Part shown: positions 63,110 through 63,743 of the stretch, one piece after another
Layout of the letters: each line of letters starts with the position of its first letter
Position numbering within the stretch: position 1 is the first letter of the stretch
Source: Octopus bimaculoides
Lineage: Eukaryota
Direction of reading: 5' to 3'
Assembly: GCF_001194135.2 (NCBI RefSeq)
Contig: NC_068982.1
Coordinates: 9,564,729 to 9,628,471 of the forward strand
DNA length: 63,743 bases
Notes under the pieces: model-generated
Databases searched by the model: none
What the model was told of the DNA's origin: nothing
The model's input: the letters and a program-made list of their open reading frames with translations, nothing else
Translations under genes and position numbers: made by a program

Positions 63110-63743
63110 ATTCTTTTCTACTCTTGGCGCAAGGGCCGAAATTTTGTGGGAGGGGCCCAGTCGATTAGATCGACCCCAGTACGCAACTGGTACTTAATTT
63201 ATTGATCCGAAAGGATGAGAGCAAAGTCGACCTCGGAGGAATTTGAACTCAGAACGTAAAGACAGACGAAATACCGCTAAGCATTCCGCCCGGCGTACTA
63301 ACATTTCTTATTTCTTTACTGCCCACAAGGAGCTAAACATAGAGGGGATAAACAAGGACAGACAAACGGAATAAGTCGATTATAACGACACCAGTACGCA
63401 ACTGGTACTTAATTTATTGATCCGAAAGGATGAGAGCAAAGTCGACCTCGGAGGAATTTGAACTCAGAACGTAAAAACAGATGAAATACTGCTAAGCATT
63501 CCGCCCGGCGTACTAACATTTCTTATTTCTTTACTGCCCACAAAGGGCTACACACAGAGGGGACAAACAAGGACAGACAAACGGATTAAGTCGATTATAT
63601 CGACCCTAGTACGTAACTGGTACTTAATTTATCGACCCCGAAAGGATGAAAGGCAAAGTCGACCGCGGCGGAATTTGAACTCAGAACGCAGTGGCAGACG
63701 AAATACCGCTAAGCATTTCGCCCGGCGTGCTAGCGTTTCTACC
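63110..63743 (-). mobile_element. Head-to-tail trimer of SINE family C, 215-bp period
   Basis: acatttcttatttctttactgccc recurs at 63301 and 63516. The leftmost unit has tail A and the other two have tail B. Runs off the window end. Confidence 0.93.

Overview
AT-rich, repeat-saturated eukaryotic DNA from a draft assembly, with roughly 5 kb of N gaps that are mostly flanked by (TA)n. The SINE families and microsatellite load suggest an octopus genome (inference, not verified). No intact, recognisable protein-coding gene is present, and almost all ORFs in the supplied track are microsatellite or N-gap artefacts. The window looks intronic or intergenic, with a few weak orphan exon candidates. It contains about 30 tRNA-derived SINE copies (families here called A, B and C, plus modular hybrids). 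It also holds decayed coding remnants of a Penelope-like RT, a CR1/L2-group LINE, two REL-endonuclease (R4/Dong-like) LINEs, Tc1 and mariner transposases, and a Helitron/PIF1-type helicase, along with pogo- and hAT-type MITEs and two foldback elements. The most interesting signal is about ten type I hammerhead-ribozyme motifs from five sequence families. Five of them belong to one short element that combines a tRNA-like Pol III head, an (AAT)n linker and a hammerhead, and that occurs in the inverted, tails-outward arrangement typical of Penelope insertions. I infer it is a Penelope-mobilised, self-cleaving SINE/retrozyme hybrid. I do not know of a description in cephalopods but could not search.
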